From Laetmonice hystrix (Eukaryota): a DNA stretch of 64,000 nucleotides. The translations under genes were made by a program, and so were the position numbers. The stretch is from the NCBI GenBank assembly GCA_965235115.1, contig OZ249436.1, positions 35,216,001 to 35,280,000 on the forward strand. Reading direction: 5' to 3'. Positions 39,374-53,000 of the stretch are shown here, one piece after another. The notes beneath the pieces were generated by a model that was not told where the DNA came from, did no database searches, and saw nothing but the letters and a program-made list of their open reading frames with translations. Every line of letters begins with the position of its first letter. Positions within the stretch are counted from its first letter, which is position 1.

Positions 39374-41887
39374 AAAATTCGTGGATCAGGTCCTACACGG
39401 TGGGTTCTGAATCAGACAGGGGTGCTTGACGGGAAATTCCAGATACCCTGAGTAGATACAATGAGAACCCAGGACAGTACGGATTACTACACCAATGGAA
39501 GTGTAGTCTTAAGGTAGCCACACGGTGATCCACACAAAACTTTGTAGTTATTAATAATGTGGACGTTTGCGTAGTGTTGAAGATCTCTGAACGTTACCCG
39601 GTAGCTTGGCCACGACCCGGCGCCTAGCTTGGGCTTTGAGGAGGGCAGACGCAGGTAGTCAGAGAGGGACTAGTACGGACGGTCAGCAGTGGTGGTAGTG
39701 GTGGGATGTGGGATGATGACATGGTTGTCATGGTGATGGGACCCATGGATAACGTAACCACACACAATGGGGCATGTTCAGGTGTAACCCCCGACAACAG
39801 GGTGGTGGTGTGGGTGGACAGACGACAGGTGGGTGTAAAGACGGACAGGTAGCAGAGTGAGTCAGAGATTGAAGAGATAGAGCACAGAGATAGAGAGGAG
39901 CAAGCATAATGCAAACATTACACACGGTATAATAACTTATTATTGGGGGGAGAAGTTGGACAGCTCATGGCATGCCTTGAAGCGGGACCTGAACTATAAA
40001 GTAGTCTTAGCAGGAAAGAAAAAAAAAACAGGTCCTGCACTTACTGTGTCGACCATTCCTAGAATCTTTTCATATCATCAAATATTTCTACTTTCTACTT
40101 CAAATGTTCTTAAATTTCATACCATCTCTGCACACAATATTAATCAAAATGATTTGTCTTTTGTCCAAGTTAAAAAATATGAGAACATGTATGGACATAT
40201 AATATACCATGTAAAATGTATTGTTGTTGCCCCTTCCCGCTATTATAGAACGCACTGCATGGGTATATGGCGGTCATACTAATAATACCACAATTGTTTT
40301 GTGTTTTTCTAGAATGACCTACACAAATATTTCAGCTTGAGGAAAACTCATAAAAATTTCATTAGCGTATTCATGTCTTTGTGTCTCACTTTATTCAGGG
40401 TGCGCCGCCATGTTGAACGGTCTCTGTGACAAACCACCTTCATCAAATAATCGCGTAGCTTGGGTAAAATTCGGACAGATTGAGGACCCATAATATGCCA
40501 TAATATGTAAAAAGACCTATTGTAATTAAAACGACAAATTTACACAAGTGAGGTATCATTCAGGCAATTACGCAATCATTCAACTGATCAATGATATAGT
40601 ATGATACAAAAGTATCCTACATAAGCTGAACTATGAAAAAAAAGCGATTGGGTGTATACAGTGGATAAAAAAACGAGCTTTGTAGTGAATTCTACATGTT
40701 AAAACGAGTGACCGTGGTGTGGACAAGTGACAAACACAGTTACGGCGGTGCTGACAGAGATTCATGCTGTGTGTGAGACTGTTGACAGGGATCACGGATA
40801 ACACAGGTATACATCATCACTACAATATGGTCACAGTCAACAACACAGACTGCACGGTGAAACTCTAGCGAATTGTTATACCTTGACATGAACTACCGAA
40901 TCATCTTTCTTGTCTTTCTTTGTGGCCGTAAGAACAATTGTCAATGTCAGGGGTATTATCATATTAGGCAGAAATTTAATCTCACAGGGTGTTTTATATT
41001 TAGAGAGCAAAATGCTTCTTATTACAGATTACAAGATTTGTATAAAAGGTGAAATTGTTTGCAGTATGTGACTACGTATCTACAGAAATTAGAACTTTAA
41101 CAAAAATCTTCACCGACATCAGGAATTAATACAAAATCTAATTTCATCAAACTTTTTGGTATATCTGGGAAAAATTTCAATAACAATATCTCATGCATCC
41201 CCAAAATAGACAAAGCGGGCAATCTGTCTAGTTGGGGAGGGGTGAAGGTCTGGGTTGACACTAGGTGACTATGGTACTATAGTATTTGGGAGTTTAGAGC
41301 ATCCAGTAATTTTCGTTAGATTGTCTGACAGTTTTTTTAAATAATCAAAAACAAACTATTGTTTCAATCCCAAGCATTATCACTCAAGCTTGTATCAATT
41401 AAATAAAAAAATTAATAAAAGAAAATGTAATTATAAATTCCATATGTCCATACTACTCCATGCACCAGTATCTTTGATGTACTATGTCTATAACTATGAC
41501 AATTGGTCTAACTACTTGGACCTAACTACTGGTACAGACAGGAACTGAACTATGTTCTTAAAAAATATTCTAAGCTATTGCAACTTAATATCCATGTAAA
41601 TATAACTAATTACGATGTGAACCAGAAAGACATTAACAAAAATTGCATAATATGACACTGCAATTTCGTCTCGTAACAAGAAAAAAAAATGTTTTTCTCT
41701 TCTCTGAATTCTCATTACGCAGGCAAAGAATAAAAAATCGCACATATCCATATAAATGCTCTGTACTCCAGGAATTGCTCTGGGAAGGTAAGATTACAGT
41801 CAGGGTTGGGGTAGACAGTCTAATCATGCTGGTCATGGTCATATTCAAGGCATTTCTAGCAGGCTTGGTTGAAGCTCTGATGCTTAC

Positions 41888-41975
41888 CTTGACTGGATGT
41901 GGATCGACCCCATAGGTGTCCAATGTGCAGGCCTTTTTTAAGAAATTAGCCTCCGCCTCTGCTGGAACCTGACAC
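41888..41975 (-). CDS. FRMD5: FRMD3/5-like exon 7 ([29 protein letters not shown])
   Basis: TGTAG acceptor, GTAAGC donor, 88 nt, phase 2-0. PAEAE..FL and YGVDPHP.K motifs. Confidence 0.95.
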
Positions 41976-42250
41976 CTACATGGAGTCAAAGTTAAGCAAA
42001 TGATTTTTTTTTACGATTTCATTTCGAAGTGTCCATAAAATCACACTGTCTTAAGACCCATGGAGCGACTGCGAAGCTGAAAAATACAAATTCATTGACT
42101 GTTGCTGATCATACGAGGCTGAACTAGACCAACCGCAAGATGGCACCACTTGTTCCAACCCGCCCTCCCAAAACTCCTATAGACCACGGTAACCACGTTT
42201 TATGACCTTGCATGACCTAGAAATAGTTAAATTTGGGTTCGACATCTTAC

Positions 42251-42380
42251 CCTGAAGCACTCAGCCCTTTGTGGATCTCAGCAATCTTCTCCTCCTGTTT
42301 CTGCGTCTGTTTTGGCAGCATCTTAAACTGGGAGACGTAGCCCGGTGGGTGGTCCTGAGGATCGTAGTCTCCCACCTCCG
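42251..42380 (-). CDS. FRMD5: FRMD3/5-like exon 6 (EVGDYDPQDHPPGYVSQFKMLPKQTQKQEEKIAEIHKGLSAS)
   Basis: ATGACAG acceptor, GTAAGA donor, 130 nt, phase 1-2. E.GDYD...H..GY.S and KIAEIHK motifs. Confidence 0.95.
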
Positions 42381-42598
42381 CTGTCATGGCAACACAAAAT
42401 GAAAATGGGTTTCCATGGATCTAAAGAGGTACAACTGAGCTATGGCGATAATTTAGGTCGCTGTGGAATGTTTTTTAAATGACTCCACAAACCATATGAA
42501 TATTTCAGTTAAACCTAGAGGATGCCTGATGATACTTTGATACGAGTCAAATTTTTGGAAAATATACCAGAATATCAGGGTGGATTGTGCATATTTTA

Positions 42599-42862
<264 letters not shown>

Positions 42863-42959
42863 TTATCATTATATATGTAAGGGGGGAATTCACTAATACA
42901 TGTAAAGATAGAAAGAAAAAGAAAGAGGGAAAAAGAAGGAGAGGTTTCTTTTATCTAAC

Positions 42960-43038
42960 CTTGTGATCTCCTCCTTGAGCTTCATGGGGTCAGTCGGGTA
43001 AAACTTGACCCGGAAGCATAACACCATTTGGTTCACAT
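42960..43038 (-). CDS. FRMD5: FRMD3/5-like exon 4 (VNQMVLCFRVKFYPTDPMKLKEEITR)
   Basis: TCTTTCAG acceptor, GTTAGA donor, 79 nt, phase 1-2. CFRVKFYP.DP..LKEEITR is characteristic of FRMD3/5. Confidence 0.96.
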
Positions 43039-43518
43039 CTGAAAGATAGAATGGACGTGAAATGTTCAAGTAGTAAAACTTGAAATTACCTGATAAGTCC
43101 AATGATATTTGAACCTAGTACTGACTAAATATTTGTTTCTGTTATGTCCATCTAACTGACTTGTTCTGGCGAGTTTACACCCTCCGATATAGCTTTCGTA
43201 CCTGGTGCAATAGTCAGTTCAATACAGCCACTAAGTTTGCAGTTTCTACCTGTACTGATACCTTGTTAAGTTTGCCTTGTGTCTACAAAATGATATTGGT
43301 TTACTCTATCACGATACAAGACACGTTCATCAAGTCCAATAAATAATTCAATGTCTTGTAAATACGATGGGTGATTCAAGAAATCCTCACCGCAGATACC
43401 AGTCAACTTTGAAGTGTTTTGTCAATACCGTATTTCTAATCGAAAAATTAAGCTTTTATTGAAACCAGTCCTATAAATCATACCTCAGGGTACACTTTGA
43501 TGCAGACGTATAGGGATA

Positions 43519-43693
43519 CAGTCAGACCGCGTTTATCCGAACAGCTTGATGCCCATTAAAATGTGTTTGGATTGTGAAATATACGGATAACTGAATCATT
43601 TTAAATAGAAAATGGGAGAAGAGGTTACCAGAAAGTGTGTTCGGATTGTGAGGTATACGGATTAAAGAAGCACGGATTAACGAGGTCTGACTG
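43519..43693. mobile_element. 175 bp Tc1/mariner/pogo-type MITE
   Basis: 21-bp TIRs CAGTCAGACCGCGTTTATCCG vs CAGTCAGACCTCGTTAATCCG (2 mismatches), flanked by TA at 43517-18 and 43694-95. Confidence 0.88.
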
Positions 43694-43892
43694 TATACCC
43701 GGTATATGCATGAAAACCTGTGCTTCCCGCTTAATAAACAAAGTCCCAAGTTAAATATAATGTGCTTGAGGTAAATTCTAACAAGATTCTCTTTCAGCCC
43801 TTCTCACTTGAAATTCCTGTTCCTAAGACGAGCAAATAGAAAGTCATGTAATCGGCTCCGTGCAGGTGTGACAGGAATCCAAGTCCCCCTGA

Positions 43893-44087
43893 AATGCAGG
43901 TCCGACGGACCTGCATTCCTAGGACTTGAAGTCCGTGATGCTGTATTATTTAAATATTTCTTCATAATCCTATCTCTAAACTTACCCTTAACCCTAATCC
44001 ATTTGTATTTTGTTAATTGTATTGTCTTATACCACGAAGTTGATGACCTAGGACCTGCATAACCAAGGAATCTAGGTCCGGCGGACC
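43893..44087. mobile_element. Hairpin-ended non-autonomous element with a telomere-like core
   Basis: AATGCAGGTCC-GAC-GGACCTGCATT perfect hairpin (43893-43917) and GGTCC-GGC-GGACC (44075-44087). Repeated GGACCTGCAT. Internal CTTACCCTTAACCCTAATCC at 43981-44000. Confidence 0.55.
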
Positions 44088-44826
44088 ACCATTTCGCCAG
44101 ACTTACATTCCGTTCACACCTGTGTAAGAATTGAACTGGTCATGCAGTCAGGCCGACGACATGCTTTCACACTTCACGCCGGTTTCCCGGCAATTCCTTT
44201 CACAAGCTTCCTTCCCGTTTTTAAACGTAATTAATAATTTGGTCACGAAATAGCGCAATCTGAAGAAGCCAAGAGCCACAAATAGAGTCAGATCTTGTCT
44301 TCAAATAGTTATTTCACACAAGGTTGGACACAGCGTCTGTTTTCAGGTAGAATCAGAGCTCTTTGACGTCTTCCAGGGAAGTTGAGGCAGACGGCAGGAA
44401 ATAAATGAATCTAATAAGCGGTTGCCAAACGGGAAAAACGCGTCCGCTGCAACAGGTCTGTATCTGTTCTATATAAAAGATTATAATGAGCGCTAATGTT
44501 CGCACCTTGTGCTGTTCACATTCCGTGTCCTTTCTCCCTTCATAGTGAGACCATTTTCTTCACCTCTGGGATGTGTATACCAATGAATTTTGAGCCTATC
44601 CCTCACTGACGGTGATGAACCCAACCCCTTTATTTCAGGACGCGTATTCCATATTTCAGGACGTCTACGAACCATGAGTTTTCCTCATTTATCCACGTCA
44701 ATCTCTGGGTGCGGATGTAATAACAACATACTACAGAAGAAAAGAAATGTGTCTCTATGAAGTAAATTTACTTTGCTGAAATGGGACAGGTCTCACCATC
44801 TCTCAAAGATGCTGAAGAATACTCAC

Positions 44827-44869
44827 GTTTCAGCTGCCTGTAGACTGCCTTAAGGGGGTCCAGCCAATG
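44827..44869 (-). CDS. FRMD5: FRMD3/5-like exon 3 (HWLDPLKAVYRQLK)
   Basis: TTTATTTCAG acceptor, GTGAGT donor, 43 nt, phase 0-1. FERM HWLD..K motif. Confidence 0.95.
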
Positions 44870-46627
44870 CTGAAATAAAAACATGAATGGTTCGGAATCG
44901 GTTCCTTCACTTTAAAGAATACAACTCCTGCTGTAGAGAAAATAAATTCAACAGTTCAATACAAGAATGCCCCGCATTAATACCATGTGGAATACCTTTC
45001 CCGTACAGGGTATTCCACACGGTGTCACAAATTCAACCATTTTAAAGCATCCACAGTTAGTTGTATCTGGCATGTTCCATCTGTTAGATGTGGCTATGCT
45101 TAGGTCTGAGGACTGACTTTTAGCACTAGCAGCGAACCTGTCAGCACCCAAGATTTATTAATCCTTAAAATAAACCTGAAACGTAATCATTTTACACTGT
45201 CTATTCATAATGGTATTTCAGATACAATGTACGCTGCAACTGGATCTCAAACGTTGTAAACCTGTTGAAATATCATTCTGGGGAAGCTCATTTTACTTTT
45301 CAACATATCCTAATCTGACATATTTCCTTAGGACAGAAACCGATCAAGTCCTTCCACTGCCTGGAAATATGTATTACCATTAAATACCATTATGAGTTCC
45401 TTTGTGTCATTAGGACGCTTTACCTGTCGAGTTAATCTCAGGGAACATGACTCTCATCTCAAATGCAATGATGAGACAGATAAAGAATACATAATGTTGA
45501 GGGCAATGACCTCAACGAGCTAATGACCTACAATTCACTGCTGGGCTCTGACGTCATGATCTGATGCCAGATGGCATAGTGATTGCTGACGTCACGGATG
45601 CGACGATTCCTTCCATAATTATGATAAATGTAGGTAAATAATTACAGACTTCATTAGGGAGAAATATTTAAGCGTTCTGCAGCAGCCTACAAGCCTCTCT
45701 ATAGTTCTGTGCATTGGAGTGTTCCTTTTCCCCTGGGGATTAAATGTCAGCTGTCAGTTTTATTAGTTATTCTCCTAAGGACTTCGTTACGTGTCTGATG
45801 TGTTTCAGTGGGTGTTAATTAAGTGCAGTAGCGCATCACTTGGTGGGCCTATTATCCGAATATTACAGCAATAATTTTTTTAATTTTCTGTAACATTATG
45901 GACCATTAAAACTTACTGGTTCTGACTTAATACACAGAAAATCGAATCAAATTTCCAGATTTTTTCTGTTTAGCCCGTTTAGATCCTACGACAAATTAGC
46001 AAGGTTCCTTTTATCATTAAGTGGATTAAATCAAAAGGTCAGAAGCAGCTGCAATTATTACGTTAAGGCTGACAGCAGTTATTGAACTCAGTTGGCTGCT
46101 GAAAGAAATAAAATAATTAGATGCTGTGGGACTTACCCAAACATCCACAGCAGTCTGTGGACTATGAATGAGAGAGCTTTGCACATGATGCTGGAAAAGG
46201 TTGACACCAGACGAAACAAAAGTTATGAACAAAAGTCTTATCGATTAAAGGTTCAGACTAGCAGGGCCTATTCATATGCAAGTTCTACTATTTCTACAGT
46301 AACCCCCTACTGCATGCGCCTGTTAATCTCCATGTCATGCACAAAACTTACTGCAGAGTCTGTCCTTAATCAAGTCATACTGATTATTGCAGATCCTGTT
46401 CCTATGGACACGTAAGCCATGTCACTGTTGAGGCTGTTTAATTATTGTGCAAGTCAGACTAATTATTTCAGAGCCTGTTTGTATGCAAGTCATACAAACA
46501 GGCTCCATGTTGATTATTACTGAGCTTAGTCTGGGAATCACGGGGAACTTCCGAGCCTGCTTCAGCTGGACAGGACCCCATCTAAAATAGTTGAAAATGG
46601 TTGTTCTAACGTTGGGCCACCTTCCAG

Positions 46628-46781
46628 GCCCTGGTTTTTAGTTTGGAAACCGAGTCTTAAGATTCAAATCTTAAGACTGAATTCCTGTTTCAGAGCTTCT
46701 GATTGGTCCTTCAAATGAAGTCAGCTAATGAGAGACCATAACACAAGTCAATGGGCAAAATGACGAACTAAAAACCAGCCC
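46628..46781. mobile_element. 154 bp PIF/Harbinger-like MITE
   Basis: TIRs G(CC/GG)CTGGTTTTTAGTT, with CAG on both flanks (46625-27, 46782-84), consistent with a 3-bp CWG TSD. Confidence 0.65.
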
Positions 46782-46937
46782 CAGGAATATGTACGAAACC
46801 TGTAGAAATGGACAGTTATTCTCAGCACCGTTATTATTTAGTAATTATGGTGCTGAGAAATGTCATACACTAATCTCACCCAATATGAAGGTATTCGCTC
46901 ACGATGCCTGATAAATAATCCCACACGTACTACTTAC

Positions 46938-47042
46938 TCTCTGTTTCTCGTTGTCGACATATCGGAGCCCAAAGTAGGCCTTCTCTATGAGCTTCAGCTC
47001 CTTGCAGACGTAGTCCAGTAACCACTGCCCTTTCGTGTCTTT
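46938..47042 (-). CDS. FRMD5: FRMD3/5-like exon 2 (KDTKGQWLLDYVCKELKLIEKAYFGLRYVDNEKQR)
   Basis: TTTACAG acceptor, GTAAGT donor, 105 nt, phase 0-0. Matches the FERM F1 motifs KGQ..L..VC and YFGL.Y.D. Confidence 0.95.
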
Positions 47043-50000
47043 CTGTAAATATTAAAGGAGAGAAGCATTTAAAATTAAAACCCCAAGACTTTAGATTCCA
47101 ATGAAGCATATACATTGTAATTATACTAAGCGTTATTCACCTGGTGTCACTCAAATTTTAAGTGACCGGTCGGTCTATTTCAGCTCAAATCAAATGACTG
47201 ACCAGTGAAACAACATCACTCTCTTTGTGAGAACAAATAATGGTAAAAACGATTGAGGCCTAAAACTACAAAGGTAGAAAACTGTGGCAGAAATCACAGA
47301 ATCCCCCCTACCCCCCACCCCCCTGGAGATATCAAGTGCTAAATTCCTCCACATTCCCACATCATGCAACGCCTCCTAGTACGTGTACTGTAAATGTGCC
47401 TGGATTTTGGATTGTTTCTTCTCTCCATTGAAGCATTTCTTATTTAAAACTTTAACTATAATGCCACTATTTAAAGAACTCTAGTCAGTCTGTCAGTGCA
47501 TATTGAGACTTATTTTCCTTTTCATGAAGAGGGCATCTTTAAGACAATCAGACAATCAGATCTACCGCTGAGTCTGTTCACTTGTTTATCAACCTGATTG
47601 GTCTCTCCAGCAACACGCCAACGCTTTAATAGCAGTATCGAGGGGCTCAATACACACTCCGGTAACCTGTTCACCGATTAAATCCGACCGACAGACTGGT
47701 AGGAAATCATGCCAAGCCACCTTTTTACATGGTCAGACAGCAAAAGGCAATACATGTCCCATTGCCGGAAGACAGCATACCGTTTTCCGGCTTTCTCATC
47801 CCGGATGCAGACATTCAATGGCACCGTTATCCTCCCCAATGTCCGCCACCAATCATCAACTTTTAGAATAAAAACTTCAATTCTATGATAGAAACTCAGC
47901 AGTGAAGTAGACAACAGAAAACGAAGTTTTGGGATGTACGCCAAGCATTTGTCTTTCAGGAGCAATCTTCCCGGTTAACCAATGCAATTCAATATACTGG
48001 GAAAAAACAGTCCCTAATGGGCATTTATAATACCGTCTACACTGGAAGTGATCCCATTTTGATGGACTACACTGGCGGGGCAGATATGCTAATGAGGGCA
48101 TTATCATTCAAATATATGTATATGGTAGAGCCAACATCTGTCGGAAGGCAGCTGAAAGCTACCTGGTGTCACGAGCATCAATATAAATAATTCTACTATA
48201 CAATACAACCGACTCTGGAATTATCATTTCCTTACCGTCCAATGCTACCAGACATCAGCAAACGCTAACGTTTATCCTGACACATTTGGTGGATTTTTCC
48301 CCAAATGAAATTGTTTAAAGTGGTAACCCTTGGAAGCATTTGGCTTTTCAGCCTATACCCGTACTGGGATTCCAGACCAATCCATCTTGTGTCAGACTTC
48401 GCGTAAATATCCAACATCGCTATGCCTTCACATGCCGTGGATTAATGGTAATTCAGTACATGTACATGTATGTAAGGTAGTTCTTGCTTGTCCATGGGAA
48501 AGCTGAGCCTGGGGATGGGTGAAATTTAATTCCCTTAATTGCTTCTCTAATATTCGCTCTCTTATTGCTTTTTCTGAGACAGGTCATATTAAGTAAAAAA
48601 CAAGTATACAGGGCTATTAAATTACATAAATTACGCAGCTGGGAACGTGGCGAATACCATCCTTCCAAAGGGCAACATGGCGATAAACTCTAGTCTAGAA
48701 CATCTGACGGAAGTACCAGACCAGACTAAATATCAACTCCTGTCTGTAACGGCGCTAGGCTCCATCAATTATATAAAACGGTACAGGTATGGATTACTTC
48801 TATTCTAAGAAGATTGGTGCGTCATTCAAGGCGGCAATTCCAATAACTCTCGACATGACTTGTACGTCTTGTAGCACATTATGTTTTATTGCTTCTCGGA
48901 AATCACCCACACCATCTTGGTGTCGAGAGGGAGATGATAGCTTAGATACTGCCACTTCATTTTCTGACAGCTTTCCTGATATTATGATGTGCTGTTTGCT
49001 GTGCGTGAACCATCTCCTTCCCAATCGAAATCAGCATCCTTTCAATTACCCTGCTTAGCCATGATTAATTCAGCCGCTTGGCCATAATTTGTTCACTCAG
49101 ACCCTCTTCATCACATCACATAACTCCTCAGGACGAGCTACAGGGTATGCGCATCACAGACACTGCCCAGGCAAAACACCACTCAGCATGCCCAGGGGAT
49201 GAGGAACGGCAATTCTTTCAGTACAATCATTTTTAAGTTCGAAAACACAGCTACCGGAAAAAGCAACTCTTAAATATGACTAAATCCGAGTAATGAGTCA
49301 AACTGAATTTAAAAATGAGTTCAAAGTATTTTATTTACTACTGGCTACCGTGAAGACTTCCTGGTATTGTGTTTAAAAAGTGGCCCTTTTGTGAACATTG
49401 ACCAACAGACATGATATATTTGATAACATGGCTTGACAGATAAATAAACATGTACATGTATCCTTATCAATGTTGTCATTGCACTGTACAGGTCTTCACT
49501 AAAATACAATTGGGCCTTTCTAATTTTTTTTTTACATAAAAGGTTTCACCTAGATACTTTTACTCTTCAATAAGTAATATGATGAAGGTTATCTGCTATT
49601 GCTACACCCACCAAGTTAAAGTCTCCTCCTCCAACCTTGGCATTTGATAGCATCTTGTAGAAATCACTAATGAGGTTACAGAAAAATTACAGGAATAAAT
49701 TACGTACTTTAGTCAAACAAGCAGCCATAATTACTGGTAGTCTTTAAAAAGAAATGTAGATAATGATGCTTTAACTTAAGTTTCTAACTCTGGAACACTT
49801 CAGGCAAAGACCTGGGCATAATAATTATTGTGCAAAGCTTAGTGCCACAGGTAAGAATCTCAGTCATGTTCTCATTATACACTGCCTCATCATGTTATTT
49901 TGGAAGATTGCGTAGGAAGATCCTATCATCACACAAACTGTGTGTGTTTCATATATTTTAATACCGTAATCTATAAGTAAGAGGGTTTCCACCATGCCTC

Positions 50001-53000
50001 CCAGGCATCAATTACCGGTATTTATTAATGTCAGCGCCTTCCCAATGAGTAGTCACCAATAATATGTTTCTAGGTGGCCATATAAACAGTCTGGATAACA
50101 AACCGCACCGATATATCATAGATGGCTAGTACCCCTCTAACTTACATTAACGATCTACATACATAAAATATCTTGCCTTGTCTGGTATTGTGAAACAACC
50201 ATACTCTACCAGCCACATTCTCATGACAGATAGCAATACTAATGGTCTACTGGGACGACGGGATGGCATCGGGCTGTGTGGTCTAAGTAGATCAGTGTCA
50301 AGTAACCCCACCCTCAGTCAACCTCAATCTACTGTATACTTATGGTATCTAGGTATTTAGCCTCACCACCTGAAGGAACTCCGTCTCAGTTAGAATATAC
50401 CGATGCAACGCTAAATGACATTGCCAGTGTTAAATAATGAATAGCCTTTAGGGAGTTCATTTATTGAACCACTTACGTCGTTACGTAATTAGCACCTGTA
50501 GAAATTATCTCACTTTTGTAGACTAAAAATAGGCCCCAAAATCCTATCAGGGAGGCACAACTGCTGAATTTCAAGGATGTTGAAATCTTGAACTATCTCC
50601 TCTTTACGTATCGGTAATCAATTTACTGGCTCCCTGAAACATGACTTATTCATTTACTCAATCTAACAGTCTTTCAACACTCAAGGGTTTTTATTATTTC
50701 ATGAGTCTGTACATGGTATTCAAATGAACGAGTCCGCAAAAAGTATCCCAGGAAATCAATAAGAGCAAGCAGCGGTTTACCAAGTACCCTACAGTTCATT
50801 AGGCTTGACAAATCACAAAAGTCAACATCACAACCGACAACGACAAAACATTTAACAAATTTCACGGATTTAAAAAGTTGGAGGAAAATAGTCGCTAAGA
50901 ACCCCCATTGCGTTTTAATTCTAACATGACAGTTTAAGCATCCTAAATTTGGAGTCCTGTTTGCAGTCTTTATCCCTCCTTGTTAATTAAGCGTGCAGAT
51001 GAATTGAACAATGCCATTGACGTGTGACTGGTTGATGATCATATAGTTACAATTCATGTCATGCTTTCCTGAGACCTTTTAACAAATATGACAAGGTGAT
51101 AACGTGACAACCAACGACAAATGTGGGATGGAATGTGTGGATATAACACTGCCTAATCCCGGACGACTCCTGTTACTACGAATGCTAATACTCGACTCCT
51201 CACTAAATTATTTTTATACGGAACTAGATGACTTGTTTCCACCTGTAAATAACTGGATTACTTGAAGCCATGCAAACATCTCCTCAGAGCAAAAAGCAAT
51301 GCCGGCACATTACACTAACAGATGTTTCATCACTCTACCTTACAACAGAAGTCCCCTTTTTCCCCCATCAGGTCGACCTGAAGGTATGGACCGTTCTCGG
51401 AGGGCAATCTGCACTTCCAATTTGGTTTAATGCCAGACCTTGGCCAGCCATGTCTATGGGTGACCTAGTGTTGACGATCTAACCCTGGCCAGCAGTAACT
51501 GTCGGTACGTGCCCCAGTCTGTGGTAGTCGGCCGTTTGCGTCCGGGCCGCCAGCAGCTGGCAAGATAGTGAGTAGTCTATAAAACTGGGGGTATGCACCA
51601 GGTGCTGCGGTACACAACAAACAATGCCGTGGAAATGTAGGACGTACCAACCATTTTTCGATGCAGCATACCAATAGCGGATAAACCATACATACAGCCC
51701 CTCATTATTTACAGACCTATTGGCATGCAATGAATTGTGAGCAACAATTGTATAGACTAAGGAGATCAACAGTTTGTCGAGGTTTCACCAGGTCATGTAC
51801 AATGTACAAGTGTATGTGCCACTAGAACCGAGACAAGAAGTAACGTCACATGCCTACTCCCCGAGGTACGGTACTTTATGTCGGTACTTTCTGTAAGAAT
51901 GTGTGTACAGTCTTCATAGTGTCACACTGTGTGAGAGACAAACACATGCGAACTTTCCCTCAACTGAATCATCTCACAACCAGCAAACATAAATTGTGTA
52001 AATGGACAAGTCCCACGGCCACATACACCGTTAGGTTCTTGCTATGAGGCTGACTCCAGCATAGCACCACTGATACAGTTTACAGTGACCTTGCACTCAG
52101 AATGATGAAACCTAATCTGTCAACATTCTCATAATTAACTCTCCGACCGAGCATGCCATCAGGGATTCACTTAGTGCCAGCGACGGTATATGACAGGGAA
52201 CAATTCCTTCCGACGGACGTGCCTGAGAACTATCCTTCTGTTAGTAGTTACTGGATCTTGTTGAGGCCCAAGTAGCGCACCATACTTTTAATTAGCCCCC
52301 AATATTTTAATTAGCAGAGACCATATCTGAAAGGTCATAGTATATACTTCATAATTAAAGGGATCCAATTGTAACAACCTTTCCAGAGATGTCCTGTCTG
52401 CACAGAAATATATCATATTACAACGATCTACCTCATTATGTGCTGATTTACTCCTAACAATATTTAGCAAAACTGGATGAGCAAACGTGCTATTCTTCAC
52501 TTGGAGTTGGACGGTAAAAAAAGGTGATCGCGTTTTACCCCAGCTTGTTAACATTCCCATCCAACTAAACACCGAAACTGACCAAAACCAACTGAAACTG
52601 ACCAACTCGATTGCCATCTGAGGTCGAAGTCGGTATATACCATAGACCTAAGTACTCGATAATCTACGTAGACCTATGATATCGATGTTTAGTCGCACCC
52701 CGCGAACACTAACGTGACTAAGGTACTGCCAAAACAGAAACCATGCATTGCCCGGATGTACCAAAACTGGTTTTCATACATGAGAAAGGTTACAAGGTGA
52801 TATGCTACCAAACATGATTGACATCTGGTCTGAGATGAATAAAAAAAAATGTGCAAACATGCAGGTAAAGCTCTATATCGGAAATATTTGGAATTTTTCT
52901 AACATAAGATGCAATTGGATCCCTTTTAAAAGTACTGTAAAATGACAGAAATTAACTGTCCTATTTTAACGAATTTAGAAAATTCATGAAATGGAACTAC

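Noticed and set aside
48800-49024. 74-aa minus-strand ORF as an alternative FRMD first exon
   Set aside because: It stops before any usable donor, and the frame that would join exon 2 has a TGA just upstream.
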